64,000 nucleotides of DNA from Macrostomum lignano (lineage: Eukaryota). The notes beneath the pieces are model-generated. The model was given only the letters and a program-made list of their open reading frames with translations, searched no databases and had not been told where the DNA came from. The stretch spans positions 142,640 to 206,639 of the forward strand of contig NIVC01002079.1 of the NCBI GenBank assembly GCA_002269645.1. Direction: 5' to 3'. A program made the position numbers and the translations under genes. Each line of letters opens with the position of its first letter. Position 1 is the first letter of the stretch. Below are positions 31,340-45,964 of the stretch, piece by piece.

Positions 31340-33868
31340 AGATGCAAGCGATAAGGGAGAGAGACAAGCGATAAGGGAGAGAGACAAGCGATAAGGAAAA
31401 GAGACAAGCGATAAGGGAGAGGGACAAGCGATAAGGGAGAGGGACAAGCGATAAGGGAGAGGGAAAAGCGATAAGGGAGAGGGACAAGCGATAAGGAAAA
31501 GAGACAAGCGATAAGGGAGAGAGACAAGCGATAAGGAAGAGGGTCAGAGGGACAAGCGATAAGGAAAAGAGACAAGCGATAAGGGAGAGGGACAAGCGAT
31601 AAGGGAGAGGGAAAAGCGATAAGGGAGAGGGACAAGCGATAAGGAAAAGAGACAAGCGATAAGGGAGAGAGACAAGCGATAAGGGAGAGGGTCAGAGGGA
31701 CAAGCGATAAGGAAAAGAGACAAGCGATAAGGGAGACGGACAAGCAATAAGGGAGAGAGACAAGCGATAAGGGAGAGGGTCAGAGGGACAAGCGATAAGG
31801 AAAAGAGACAAGCGATAAGGGAGAGAGACAAGCGATAAGGGAGAGGGTCAGAGGGACAAGCGATAAGGAAAAGAGACAAGCGATAAGGAAAAGAGACAAG
31901 CGATAAGGGAGAGAGACAAGCGATAAGGGAGAGGGTCAGAGGGACAAGCGATAAAGGAGAGGGACAAGCGATAAGGAAAAGAGACAAGCGATAAGGGAGA
32001 GGGTCAGAGGGACAAGCGATAAGGAAAAGAGACAAGCGATAAGGGAGAGGGACAAGCGATAAGGAAAAGAGACAAGCGATAAGGGAGAGGGACAAGCGAT
32101 AAGGAAAAGAGACAAGCGATAAGGGAGAGGGTCAGAGGGACAAGCGATAAGGAAAAGAGACAAGCGATAAAGGAGAGGGACAAGCGATAAGGAAAAGAGA
32201 CAAGCGATAAGGGAGAGGGTCAGAGGGACAAGCGATAAGGAAAAGAGACAAGCGATAAGGGAGAGGGTCAGAGGGACAAGCGATAAGGAAAAGAGACAAG
32301 CGATAAAGGAGAGGGACAAGCGATAAGGAAAAGAGACAAGCGATAAGGGAGAGGGTCAGAGGGACAAGCGATAAGGAAAAGAGACAAGCGATAAGGGAGA
32401 GGGACAAGCGATAAGGAAAAGAGACAAGCGATAAGGGAGAGGGAAAAGCGATAAGGGAGAGAGACAAGCGATAAGGGAGAGGGTCAGAGGGACAAGCGAT
32501 AAGGAAAAGAGACAAGCGATAAAGGAGAGGGACAAGCGATAAGGAAAAGAGACAAGCGATAAGGGAGAGGGTCAGAGGGACAAGCGATAAGGAAAAGAGA
32601 CAAGCGATAAGGGAGAGGGACAAGCGATAAGGAAAAGAGACAAGCGATAAGGGAGAGGGAAAAGCGATAAGGGAGAGAGACAAGCGATAAGGGAGAGAGA
32701 CAAGCGATAAGGGAGAGGGTCAGAGGGACAAGCGATAAGGAAAAGAGACAAGCGATAAAGGAGAGGGACAAGCGATAAGGAAAAGAGACAAGCGATAAGG
32801 GAGAGGGTCAGAGGGACAAGCGATAAGGAAAATAGACAAGCGATAAGGGAGAGGGACAAGCGATAAGGAAAAGAGACAAGCGATAAGGGAGACGGACAAG
32901 CGATAAAGGAGAGGGACAAGCGATAAGGGAGAGAGACAAGCGATAAGGGAGAGGGACAAGCGATAAGGGAGAGGGACAAGCGATAAGGGAGAGGGACAAG
33001 CGATAAGGGAGAGAGACAAGCGATAAGGAAAAGAGACAAGCGATAAGGGAGACGGACAAGCGATAAAGGAGAGGGACAAGCGATAAGGGAGAGAGACAAG
33101 CGATAAGGGAGAGAGACAAGCGATAAGGGAGAGAGACAAGCGATAAGGGAGAGGGACAAGCGATAAGGGAGAGGGACAAGCGATAAGGGAGAGAGACAAG
33201 CGATAAGGAAAAGAGACAAGCGATAAGGGAGACGGACAAGCGATAAAGGAGAGGGACAAGCGATAAGGAAAAGAGACAAGCGATAAGGGAGAGAGACAAG
33301 CGATAAGGGAGACGGACAAGCGATAAAGGAGAGGGACAAGCGATAAGGAAAAGAGACAAGCGATAAGGGAGAGGGACAAGCGATAAGGGAGAGGGACAAG
33401 CGATAAGGGAGAGAGACAAGCGATAAGGAAAAGAGACAAGCGATAAGGGAGACGGACAAGCGATAAAGGAGAGGGACAAGCGATAAGGGAGAGAGACAAG
33501 CGATAAGGGAGAGAGACAAGCGATAAGGGAGAGACAAGCGATAAGGGAGAGGGACAAGCGATAAGGGAGAGGGACAAGCGATAAGGGAGAGAGACAAGCG
33601 ATAAGGAAAAGAGACAAGCGATAAGGGAGACGGACAAGCGATAAAGGAGAGGGACAAGCGATAAGGAAGAGAGACAATCGATAAGGGAGAGAGACAAGCG
33701 ATAAAGGAGAGGGACAAGCGATAAGGAAAAGAGACAAGCGATAAGGGAGAGGGTCAGAGGGACAAGCGATAAGGGAGAGAGACAAGCGATAAGGGAGAGG
33801 GTCAGAGGGACAAGCGATAAGGAAAAGAGACAAGCGATAAGGGAGAGGGACAAGCGATAAGGGAGAGG
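31340..33868. repeat. 2.5-kb purine-strand 20-bp minisatellite with a 29-bp variant
   Basis: Constant core GACAAGCGATAA with variable GA-rich flanks (GGGAGAGG, GGAAAAGA, and an inserted GTCAGAGG). Confidence 0.97.
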
Positions 33869-34289
33869 GGTCAATGAGATATGCAGGGCTACAAGACAAG
33901 ATATTGGTCAAGCAATAATGACAGCGATAAGCAGAAAGACAGTGCAGACTGCAGACACTCGGGTCTTTCAAGTTTGCTTCTTGAAAAAAACACGCAGCAG
34001 CTTTGCCGGGGGGGGGGGCAGCGCCGGCGGATTTTTTTCAGCTGCTCAGCGCCTGAATTTGGGATCTTGGAAGAAAAGTGGGAGATCGATATTGGAATTG
34101 AGAGGGAGAGAACGGGAGGGGGCAGTTTTGGCTACCACAGCGTTTCGCCGCCCTCAAGTAAGAGTGCGAGTATTGCAGGAATCGAACCCAGTTGGAGGAT
34201 AGGTATTATGCCTCCGGCTGAGAGCTGCGAGGTCACTTCAGGTCAATAGGGATATATCTCTGCAGGATAAACGAGCACTCAGAGCCACG

Positions 34290-34738
34290 CTGAGAATCTC
34301 ACCCATGAGAACCAACCTAAGAATCTCACCCATGAGAACCAACCCTGAGAATCTCACCCATGAGAGCCAACCCTGAGAATCTCACCCATGAGAGCCAACC
34401 CTGAGAATCTCACCCATGAGAGCCAACCCTGAGAATCTCACCCATGAGAACCAACCTAAGAATCTCACCCATGAGAGCCAACCCTGAGAAGCTCACCCAT
34501 GAGAGCCAACCCTGAGAATCTCACCCATGAGAACCAACCTAAGAATCTCACCCATGAGAACCAACCTGAGAATCTCACCCATCAGAATCAACCCTGAGAA
34601 TCTCACCCATGAGAACCAACCTGAGAATCTCACCCATGAGAACCAACCTGAGAATCTCACCCATCAGAATCAACCCTGAGAATCTCACCCATGAGAACCA
34701 ACCTGAGAATCTCACCCATGAGAACCAACCTGAGAATC
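34290..34738. repeat. 27/28-bp minisatellite
   Basis: Unit CTGAGAATCTCACCCATGAGAACCAAC(C), about 16 copies. Confidence 0.95.
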
Positions 34739-35954
34739 ATTTCGCAAATTTCACAAAACTTCAAAACTTCAAATTTCACTCACTATCGGAGTCCATCCTA
34801 TCCAGCAGCTGGTTCTGTTGCCTGTCCTGTCTGTGATGCAGAGGCGGAGGCTGGGTGGCCACAGCCGCCATTCGGTATTGAGTCGGGTTTAAAAGCGAGC
34901 TTTTTTAAAAAAGGCTTTCTTAAAAGCAACAATTCTCAGCGTCGTAAAACTACTGAGCAGAGAGCTCAAACAAGGCTCAAAGCCAGCCCGATTCTGTCTG
35001 TTTGCGTTGTCTCTTTGCGGGCCCGCACTCTAATGCTCTCCGAGAGTCAAATCTGCCAAGCTTGTGGCCAAGTTTAATAAACTCGTGAGGGGGGGCGCGT
35101 TTGTTGACAGGCTCGGTGTGGGGGGTGACGCGAAGGACCCGCCGGGCTCACAACACAACAATTCAGCAATATGCGAGTCGAGAGAGAGAGAGAGAGAGAG
35201 GTTTGAGTCTTGAGCCGTCCAGGCCAGAGCAAGGCTGGGGAGCTCATGCAGGTTGGCCGGCCAGCTATAAACTGACAGTAAAGAGGGCGGAGGTTGGCGC
35301 GCAACGCCGCAGCCAACCAGCAGAGGCTGAGCTCCGCCCAGCACCCTCTTGGCGGACTATCTGGCTGCCCTGGCAACAGGTAAACACTCGGACTGGTTGC
35401 CACTGGCAACTCTGGGAGTAGGTGGGGGTTGCTGCTGTGGGCGGGGTGAGGGGCTGGCTGGGGCTTGTTCTTGCATTGCCTCTAAATAGTCTCTCTTTCT
35501 TTCTTCCCCTTCTTTTAGAAGCGTATTTCACCTGAGTAGCGCGAAGCCACGCCCGTTCATGGCCCAGTGCTGTCTGCCCCCCCCACCCTCTGCCCCCTCT
35601 GGAACGGCAGCTGCTGCGCACATCTAGCTGGTGATGGCTTTTATTTCTCTTGCTGAAGCTGCTCAACTCATGCAGAGTCGGAGAGAAGAGATGACGCAGC
35701 TAAATGGGCAGGTTTTTGTTCGTTTCTATTTTTCTCCAATGTGATGTAACTGCAGCCTAGGCAGCCGAGGGTGCGTGTGGCTTGTTGCTATGGAAACCGG
35801 ATTAACACCAACCCCTCTTATAGCTACGATGGCTGCAGAGGTATTGAGGGACATGAGGGCCTCTGTTTAGCTGGGGTGACTCAGCGCGTCTTTTGCATTT
35901 GGAAGCCTTCCCGCCTTGTTGCTGAGAGACATGCAGTCAAACTGCTTTGATCAA

Positions 35955-36836
<882 letters not shown>

Positions 36837-37477
36837 TTAAGATTTATAATGTGAAATCTTTAATCTCAATGCTGTGCTCCTTTATGCCAAAATTGCAATT
36901 TCACTCAATTTATTACTTTATCTGCTACCTTCAGAAATTCGGAAATAAAAGCGTGGAAACTATTTTATTCGCTATTAACTATTCCATATACTCGTATTTT
37001 CTTATATTTCTACTGCAAGTAGACTCGTGCGAGTAAGCGCGCGCTGATGTTTTCCTACCGGAGCAGCAGTCGGGCCTGAATATCAATATCAGTTGAACCC
37101 TCTTGCCCGCCTGCAAGAGTCTAGAAGCGGACTTAACAGACCGCTTATCAATAGGGAAGGGAAAGATGCTGCCTCACTAATCCAAGAAACTGCACCCCTC
37201 CCCCCGATTAACTCACTATCCCCGGTCTGGCAGGCAGAATGCCTTCAGCAGCTTAAAACTAGTTCTGCTCGCGCATGCCTCCTGTGAAACAGATGGCGCA
37301 GATTTCATTAAACCAACTGAAACTTTATAGCGGGTATTTAGTTAGGGCCTCGAGTACTTCAGCTCAACACTTCCGACTTCGAACTACGCGTCACACAAGA
37401 GTGCGCTCTACGGATCTGAATAGAGTGGGGACTTAAGGAAAGCAAGGTTTTATTTTGTCATGAAACCCATTTGAAAG

Positions 37478-38675
37478 GGGCGCCATGAGGAGTGTCGCAG
37501 GGGGCGCCATGAGGAGTGTCGCAGGGGGCGCATTGAGGAGTGTCGCGGGGGGCGCATTGAGGAGTGTCGCGGGGGGCGCATTGAGGAGTGTCGCGGGGGG
37601 CGCATTGAGGAGTGTCGGTGCGCATTGAGGAGTGTCGCAGGGGGCGCATTGAGGAGTGTCGGTGCGCATTGAGGAGTGTCGGTGCGCATTGAGGAGTGTC
37701 GGTGCGCATTGAGGAGTGTCGGTGCGCATTGAGGAGTGTCGGTGCGCATTGAGGAGTGTCGCAGGGGGCGCATTGAGGAGTGTCGGTGCGCATTGAGGAG
37801 TGTCGCAGGGGGCGCATTGAGGAGTGTCGGTGCGCATTGAGGAGTGTCGCAGGGGGCGCATTGAGGAGTGTCGGTGCGCATTGAGGAGTGTCGCAGGGGG
37901 CGCATTGAGGAGTGTCGGTGCGCATTGAGGAGTGTCGCAGGGGGCGCATTGAGGAGTGTCGCAGGGTGCGCATTGAGGAGTGTCGCAGGGGGCGCATTGA
38001 GGAGTGTCGCAGGGGGCGCATTGAGGAGTGTCGGTGCGCATTGAGGAGTGTCGGTGCGCATTGAGGAGTGTCGCAGGGGGTGCATTGAGGAGTGTCGGTG
38101 CGCATTGAGGAGTGTCGCAGGGGGCGCATTGAGGAGTGTCGGTGCGCATTGAGGAGTGTCGGTGCGCATTGAGGAGTGTCGCAGGGGGTGCATTGAGGAG
38201 TGTCGGTGCGCATTGAGGAGTGTCGCAGGGGGCGCATTGAGGAGTGTCGGTGCGCATTGAGGAGTGTCGCAGGGGGCGCATTGAGGAGTGTCGCAGGGTG
38301 CGCATTGAGGAGTGTCGCAGGGGGCGCATTGAGGAGTGTCGGTGCGCATTGAGGAGTGTCGGTGCGCATTGAGGAGTGTCGCAGGGGGGCGCATTGAGGA
38401 GTGTCGGTGCGCATTGAGGAGTGTCGGTGCGCATTGAGGAGTGTCGCAGGGGGCGCATTGAGGAGTGTCGCAGGGGGCGCATTGAGGAGTGTCGGTGCGC
38501 ATTGAGGAGTGTCGGTGCGCATTGAGGAGTGTCGGTGCGCATTGAGGAGTGTCGGTGCGCATTGAGGAGTGTCGGTGCGCATTGAGGAGTGTCGGTGCGC
38601 ATTGAGGAGTGTCGGTGCGCATTGAGGAGTGTCGGTGCGCATTGAGGAGTGTCGGTGCGCATTGAGGAGTGTCGG
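37478..38675. repeat. Interspersed 20-bp and 24-bp minisatellite
   Basis: GCATTGAGGAGTGTCGGTGC and GCATTGAGGAGTGTCGCAGGGGGC units mixed. Confidence 0.97.
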
Positions 38676-39767
38676 GGTGCCACGAGGAGGTTGCGGTGCT
38701 TTCACCTAAGATCACCTGAGAGGACCCTAAGATCAGTAAGCGCCCCAAAGAAGGCTTTCGCGATTGAGCCGTCAGATTCAATATCAGAGGGACATTATAA
38801 GTGCTGAGCACTGAGCCAAAACTACTGCTTTCAAGCAGACTTAATAGCACACCCAGCAGACAGGCCGAATTAATATTACAGTTTTCCTCCTCCGGGGAAG
38901 TCCAGGGGTTGGGCGAGAAAGTTGCTCCCCCATACAAATCAATATTAGAATTTGCATAATAACGAAATTGTTCACGGGGAGGGGGTAGGCGGTTCAGACA
39001 GGACGCCTTGCCGTGGAAATGAACCGGTCTCTCTGTTCCCTCGCGTCGCTCTAGCCTCTTCTCTCCTTCTCTCGTATTAAGTTTTTCTTTTCAAGTTTGA
39101 AAGCAGATATGCAGGGGACACGCATTGCTTTCATATAGCTTAATCACTTATTTTGCCGGGGCAGAGGTAGGCGTGTGCATTGTTCTTACGTATGCTTTTG
39201 TCCGGCTGCCGGATTGGGCCTCTGGCAAAATTCCCTGCTTCTAGAAGGAGAGCGGCAAGCAGAGCAGTGACTTTTCTCCAGCTCTGCGGCGGGGGGGGGG
39301 TGCGGCACCCCTCCTGATATCTTCAGCGCGAAACCACTTCACTTCCCGTCCTTCCCCCTTACACACCGACTCCCCCCGATCCCGCCCCCACTCCTCCCCA
39401 TTCGTTGCCCTCCGCCACCCCCTCGCCGCTGCACAGGCAGAAACAACTCACGTACTGAGCATGCGGCAGCACCGACTGGGTGCCTCTCCTCATGCCTTAG
39501 AGACAGACAGAAAAGAGCGAGTTTAGTGAGACCGACAGGCGGACAAGCAGATACAGACAGGCAGACAGGGCAGTTAGACAGACTGTAAAGACAGCCTTAA
39601 CCGGAAGGTCACATCGAGAGCGTGTATCGATATAGTGTGTGTGTTGCTTTTAGTGTGTCCGCATGGATTATAGGCTCACGCTTAAGCACCTCTAGCCTAG
39701 CCTAGTAAACAAGACATAATTCTATTTGCTATTGAGATCCCATATCCCCCAAATCAGCTACATATGA

Positions 39768-40238
<471 letters not shown>

Positions 40239-40308
40239 TAGAAACGTTGGAGACAGCTGGTGTCTTTTGAGTATCCGTGGTGTCCGAATCTCCCGTTGCG
40301 ACCCCTTG

Positions 40309-40560
40309 ACTTGACTTAGCTGCAGGGGGCTCCGTGCGTCCGGAAACAGCGAGGAGGCGTTGCCGCCCATTTCGCTAGCCCCTGGCGACCACGGGCAGCT
40401 GGGGCTCCATAAGTCGCTGAAAGGCGAGTGGGGGCTAAAGGTGAGAAGCAGCTGGGCTGGAACCCCAAACCCAACAGCCAGGCCAAGAGGTAGCGACCGG
40501 GGGTGGCTTAAGCCCTTACCGGCCCGACCGCTAGCAACTGAGACACTCCCCGGCTAAGAG
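40309..40560 (-). mobile_element. Probable 3' fragment of a non-LTR retroelement with an (AAGTC)n-like tail
   Basis: The minus strand ends GCAGCTAAGTCAAGTCAAG. Its terminal 79 bp recur at 61456-61534. The far boundary is uncertain. Confidence 0.45.
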
Positions 40561-40602
40561 CCCGGCTTGAAAAAACCAGAGGCCGAACCAAAGGTCCATC
40601 AG

Positions 40603-40968
40603 AAGGGGCCGTAGCCCAGCGGTCTAGCGCAGGCTCTGGTGTGCCAGCGACCCAGGCTCGATTCCAAGTGCAGTCACATTAATTTGGGGCTGAATTGGAA
40701 TCTCGGCTTGGCTCTGCTCGTGCAATTAACGGCCTTGAGAGCCACCCCCCAAGGCGCAGTGAAGTGTACATGCCTAACGATAATATAAAGTTAGGGCCGC
40801 TGTACACTCCTCCTGTGTGAGTGTGTGCCTGCGTACGTATCCGCGCGCTTGTGTGCCTGCTCAGGGGAGTCGGCGGAATGGGCACTAATGCCTCTCGCCG
40901 GTTGTGTGCCTATGTCGCTTAAAGTGCGCCAGGGTGCACACAACCCCCCTGCCTCTAATAAAAAAATA
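40603..40968 (+). mobile_element. Full-length tRNA-derived SINE (family A)
   Basis: A box TAGCCCAGCGG, B box GGCTCGATTCC and an A-rich tail. 13-bp TSD AAAGGTCCATCAG at 40590-40602 and 40969-40981. Confidence 0.85.
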
Positions 40969-41412
40969 AAAGGTCCATCAGCGCGGTGCTACACTGGGCC
41001 CTTGAAGGAAGCAGGAGGACTGCCTCCGGAGCCTGCGGACTAGCCGCATACCCAAAACGGTAGAGACAGAAGCCAAGGCCACGGATGGGTTGCCGCCGCC
41101 GGAGCCCAGTCAGTCCAGCAGCCCTAGAGCTGCCTTGAGCACATGCGGGGCGTGAACCCCTGGGTCTGCTTGTGAGTCAGCTTGGAGAGAGTTCTCCTGC
41201 CATTCCTGCACCAGAATAGAGGGGGTGCAGGTGTGTAGGATCGCAGACCTTAGCTCGTACCAGTAAGCCTGGTCTGCCTCATGCTACACAGGCGTGCTGA
41301 ACTCACCATTGCATGTCGATGCGGCCCCTGGTTTGATTGCGTGTGCGGCCAGGTGGGTTGCCGTGCGGGTCAGCCTCAGGGAGTGTACCTGCCTGATGAT
41401 GCCTGGTTTGTA

Positions 41413-41670
41413 GGTAGCCTAGTGGTCAGAGCGTCGGCTTCACGACTCAAAGGTCGGGAGTTCGATTCTCGACCGAACTCGTAACAATTTGTGTCCTTGA
41501 GCAAGACACTTAACTCTGCGTTCAGTTCACCCAGCTGTAAAATGGGTGCCAGCATTAGCTGGGGCAATTGAGGGTGTGTGAGGACCCCCAGTCCTTGGAC
41601 TGAACAGCCGTGCGCAGCCTTCAGATGCGCCGCGCAATAGCTGCGGCTGAGCTGTCGGTTGCACATCTGC
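41413..41670 (+). mobile_element. tRNA-derived CORE-like SINE (family B, copy 1)
   Basis: Head GGTAGCCTAGTGG...GAGTTCGATTCT, followed by GTGTCCTTGAGCAAGACACTTAAC...CTGTAAAATGGG, which closely resembles the MIR CORE domain. Confidence 0.8.
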
Positions 41671-42529
41671 CTATTAGGGCCAATACTGTACACGGGCACA
41701 GCACTCGTACACACACACACACGCTCACACAGGGTGTACAGCAGCCCTGACTTTCTAATCGTCCGGCATGTACACTGTCTGTGCCTGGGGCTTTGGCATC
41801 GGTGCTTTAAAATTTTCTTTGAGTTGATTGATTTGTGCGCAAACCAAAAAATGCACTCAACTCAGAGCCAAAAATATGTAGAGCTCTGATGAAGGCCTCA
41901 CTGCTGCCCGCTACGGCTGATGAAAACCTCAGATTGCTGCTTTTTTGTCTTCAATTTCAACTGCAGAGCCCTGCGAGCGCTAGGGATGGCCTATGGGGAG
42001 ATTTATCCCTCGCTGCCCATAATGGACTGTAATGAGCATAACAGGATCTCCCTGATTGCGTGACGGCAGAAAGGAGACGACGGCGGGAGAAGGGACGGCC
42101 AGACTTCAGCAGTCGCCTAATCGAGGTTTTAGAAGAGATGGGAGATAGCCAGGCTCAGGGGGGGGGTCAATTAATTTGCTCGCCTGGGATCAGGCGGGGA
42201 AGGGAGAATAGCGGCCGGGGGTAACCGGAGGAGGGAGGCAGGGGAAGCCAGAGCAGTCCGAGAAGCTAAACTGGGAGAAAAATCCTCATTTCAAACGAAC
42301 ACTGGCCGTGTTTTATTTCGCCGCTTTTCTGAACGACAAAGAGAAAGGCGCGTTAAATTTTAAATCTTTGCCGCGGCACGGGAATTCCAGGGACTCGGCC
42401 GGTGCCTTGAAAAAAAGGGATCTTATTGGGATGACGAAAGCGTTATTGATTGTGAGATGGGACGAGTCAGGTGGTCGTTGCAGTAAGAAAATTGGCTTTT
42501 ATTGCATCCGAGGGTACAGATAAAAGCCC

Positions 42530-43605
42530 CAACACTGTCACCCCAACACTGTCACCCCAACACTGTCACCCCAACACTGTCACCCCAACACTGTCACCCC
42601 AACACTGTCACCCCAACACTGTCACCCCAACACTGTCACCCCAACACTGTCACCCCAACACTGTCACCCCAACACTGTCACCCCAACACTGTCACCCCAA
42701 CACTGTCACCCCAACACTGTCACCCCAACACTGTCACCCCAACACTGTCACCCCAACACTGTCACCCCAACACTGTCACCCCAACACTGTCACCCCAACA
42801 CTGTCACCCCAACACTGTCACCCCAACACTGTCACCCCAACACTGTCACCCCAACACTGTCACCCCAACACTGTCACCCCAACACTGTCACCCCAACACT
42901 GTCACCCCAACACTGTCACCCCAACACTGTCACCCCAACACTGTCACCCCAACACTGTCACCCCAACACTGTCACCCCAACACTGTCACCCCAACACTGT
43001 CACCCCAACACCGTCACCCCAACACTGTCACCCCAACACTGTCACCCCAACACCGTCACCCCAACACCGTCACCCCAACACCGTCACCCCAACACTGTCA
43101 CCCCAACACTGTCACCCCAACACTGTCACCCCAACACTGTCACCCCAACACTGTCACTCCAACACTGTCACCCCAACACTGTCACCCCAACACTGTCACC
43201 CCAACACTGTCACCCCAACACTGTCACCCCAACACCGTCACCCCAACACCGTCACCCCAACACTGTCACCCCAACACTGTCACCCCAACACTGTCACCCC
43301 AACACTGTCACCCCAACACTGTCACCCCAACACTGTCACCCCAACACTGTCACCCCAACACTGTCACCCCAACACTGTCACCCCAACACTGTCACCCCAA
43401 CACTGTCACCCCAACACTGTCACCCCAACACCGTCACCCCAACACCGTCACCCCAACACCGTCACCCCAACACTGTCACCCCAACACTGTCACCCCAACA
43501 CTGTCAACCCAACACTGTCACCCCAACACTGTCACCCCAACACTGTCACCCCAACACTGTCACCCCAACACTGTCAACCCAACACTGTCACCCCAACACT
43601 GTCAC
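42530..43605. repeat. 14-bp minisatellite (CCCCAACACTGTCA), JPH intron 1
   Basis: About 77 copies. Confidence 0.98.
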
Positions 43606-45574
43606 CCGAGAACCCACTGCCAAGTGTGCAACCCATTGAACTCCGCTACAAGCAAGCACCGGCTATGCAGAGGCAGTTGTTGAGCTGGAGCGCTGTCAAT
43701 GCAAAAAATCGATATCCAGTCCATTACGCCAGGCAAACAAAGCCTCGCAACAAAAGCTTCATAACGCAAACTCATTGATTAACACTTGATTAACACCAGC
43801 GCACCAGCTCGCTATGAAATATTTGCCCCTCTAATTTTACAGTCCACAATGCGAGCAGATTCGATTTAAACTTAAAAAAACTGCATCGCATCGCATGCTA
43901 TCGATAAGTGCGAGCTTAGTTATTCAGGTTAATGCGTGCTGCTGTTGCTATGGCAAGTGCTGCAAGCATGGGATAAAGTATGTATGCTTGGTCACTGGGG
44001 GAAGGGGGAAGGGAGAAGGAATCGAGGCGGGAGAGCAGTGCAGCTCTTCAATCCTGTTTTATTAACCACACAGCGGAACTGAATCAGCGGGCTCGGCTAT
44101 GGAAGGAGCGGCTGAAGCCGAGCTCACCGTCAATTAGCAGGCGGTCTTGAGAGCAAAGAAAGACAAGGATAGACAGAGATAGGAGAGATGCGGCAAAGGA
44201 GGCTGCAGAAGGGAGGGAAGAGATTTTGCTTCCCAATTTTATCCTGGGGGACGGACAGGCAGGCATGCTATGGAGGTGTTTGGCTGAGCACCGGGCTCTG
44301 ATGCAGATGAGGGACGCATGCTGTAGTGACGCCATCACATTTGAGACGCATTAAATATTGTCGCGTTCTGAAAAGAGCGGAGAAGAGCACTGCAATTATA
44401 AGAATTGAGAAAGCCGAGAGATGCTGACAGCCCAAATTTGGCAATCAGCGATAAAATTGGGCTGAGGAAAATTGATGTGGAACAGCTGTGATTTCGGCCG
44501 CCCATGTTGCTCGACGTTTTTTTCGGCGGCCTCGGGCTGGAGCCCTGGTTATCTGAGATGTTGTTTTGAAAGGGGCGAGAGGACGGGATTGATAAAAGAC
44601 GGAGAGTAGGGTGCGACACAGAGCCGCTTTCAGTTGCTTTGCATTCGGAAGAGAAGCAGAAGTGAGAGGTCGGGAATTTAGGAAATGCGAGTAGGAGAGG
44701 CAGGTCGGACGAGAGCTTGCCGGGAAAGTGTGAAGCACTGCTAAAGGAAACTTGGAGAGTTGCTAGGGGGGATATTGGAAAGCAGAGGGCAAAAGAAGGC
44801 GTGCAGATCTGTGGCACGAAATTCAAACCAAAAAGATATCCAAGGATCTTTCTGACCGACCGAGTTTTTAGCTTTCCTGGGCGGACTAAAGGTGACTGCG
44901 CCTGTCTCAGGGAATGCACTTTTGGATATTCGCCCGCAGCCCTAAGTTTTTGTGCGGCAGTTTTTGGGAAACCAACCGAATAGCGCTACCCGTTTCTAAG
45001 ACTGTTCGGCAGTCTGACACTGGGGGAAAGATATGAGACAGAATCCCCTGAAGTTTCATCAATAATTTTAGCTATATATAGTTTCTCGCAAAAATCTTGT
45101 CGAGTCGCCGTCTTGCCACCGCAGCCGACCCTGTGCGCTCTCTGGCCTGCTCTGCTATCGACAGTCACCAAGCTGGTGGTCTAATTAAATTCCTGGACTC
45201 TGGCTACTAGACTTCCTAGTGTACTCAAAAAGGTTCCCAGGGGAGTCTGCAGTCTCCCTGTCTCGCTGAGTGACAAAGCTTCATACTTTTGCTGCTGCTG
45301 CAGCCTCCCAGAGATCATACCGTCTTGCGGTGAAATTGGAAAAATTCTCCCCCACACAGTGGGGCCACCTTTGGAGCCAACATGCGTTCGATGCTTGGAC
45401 AAAATGAGGAATATAAATAATAGACAAGATAGTGTGGGGTTGGTCTTTTTCTCTCGCTATTCTGCGAATCTCATAAAGCTTCTCTGACCCGGGTACTTCC
45501 AGCTTGCTTGCAACCAGCAAACTGTCGAATTCTTTTTATAGTCATTTTTTGCAACTCAATTTGCGTTACTTGCA

Positions 45575-45842
45575 GTCAAAATGTCACTGGCAGTCAAAAT
45601 GTCACTGGCACTCAAAATGTCACTGGCAGTCAAATGTCACTGGCACTCAAAATGTCACTGGCACTCAAAATGTCACTGGCACTCAAAATGTCACTGGCAC
45701 TCAAAATGTCACTGGCACTCAAAATGTCACTGGCACTCAAAATGTCACTGGCACTCAAAATGTCACTGGCACTCAAAATGTCACTGGCACTCAAAATGTC
45801 ACTGGCACTCAAAATGTCACTGGCAGTCAAATTTCACTGGCA
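45575..45842. repeat. 18-bp minisatellite (TCAAAATGTCACTGGCAC), JPH intron 1
   Basis: About 14 copies. Confidence 0.95.
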
Positions 45843-45964
45843 GTCATACGTCAGTGGGTTCCAATTTCCTCATCAGGGAGATTTTCGCAGTTAATTTTCA
45901 TAGAAACTTCTTGCCCCAGAAAATCCCTCTTGCCTCACCGGTTGACCTGCAATCCGATCGGCAG

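Noticed and set aside
34130-34250. GGGTTCGATTCCTG B-box-like motif on the minus strand
   Set aside because: No convincing A box or cloverleaf.
40605-40670. Possible tRNA genes (also 41413 and 50711)
   Set aside because: A and B boxes are present, but I could not form an acceptor stem, and each runs into a SINE body with a tail or TSD.
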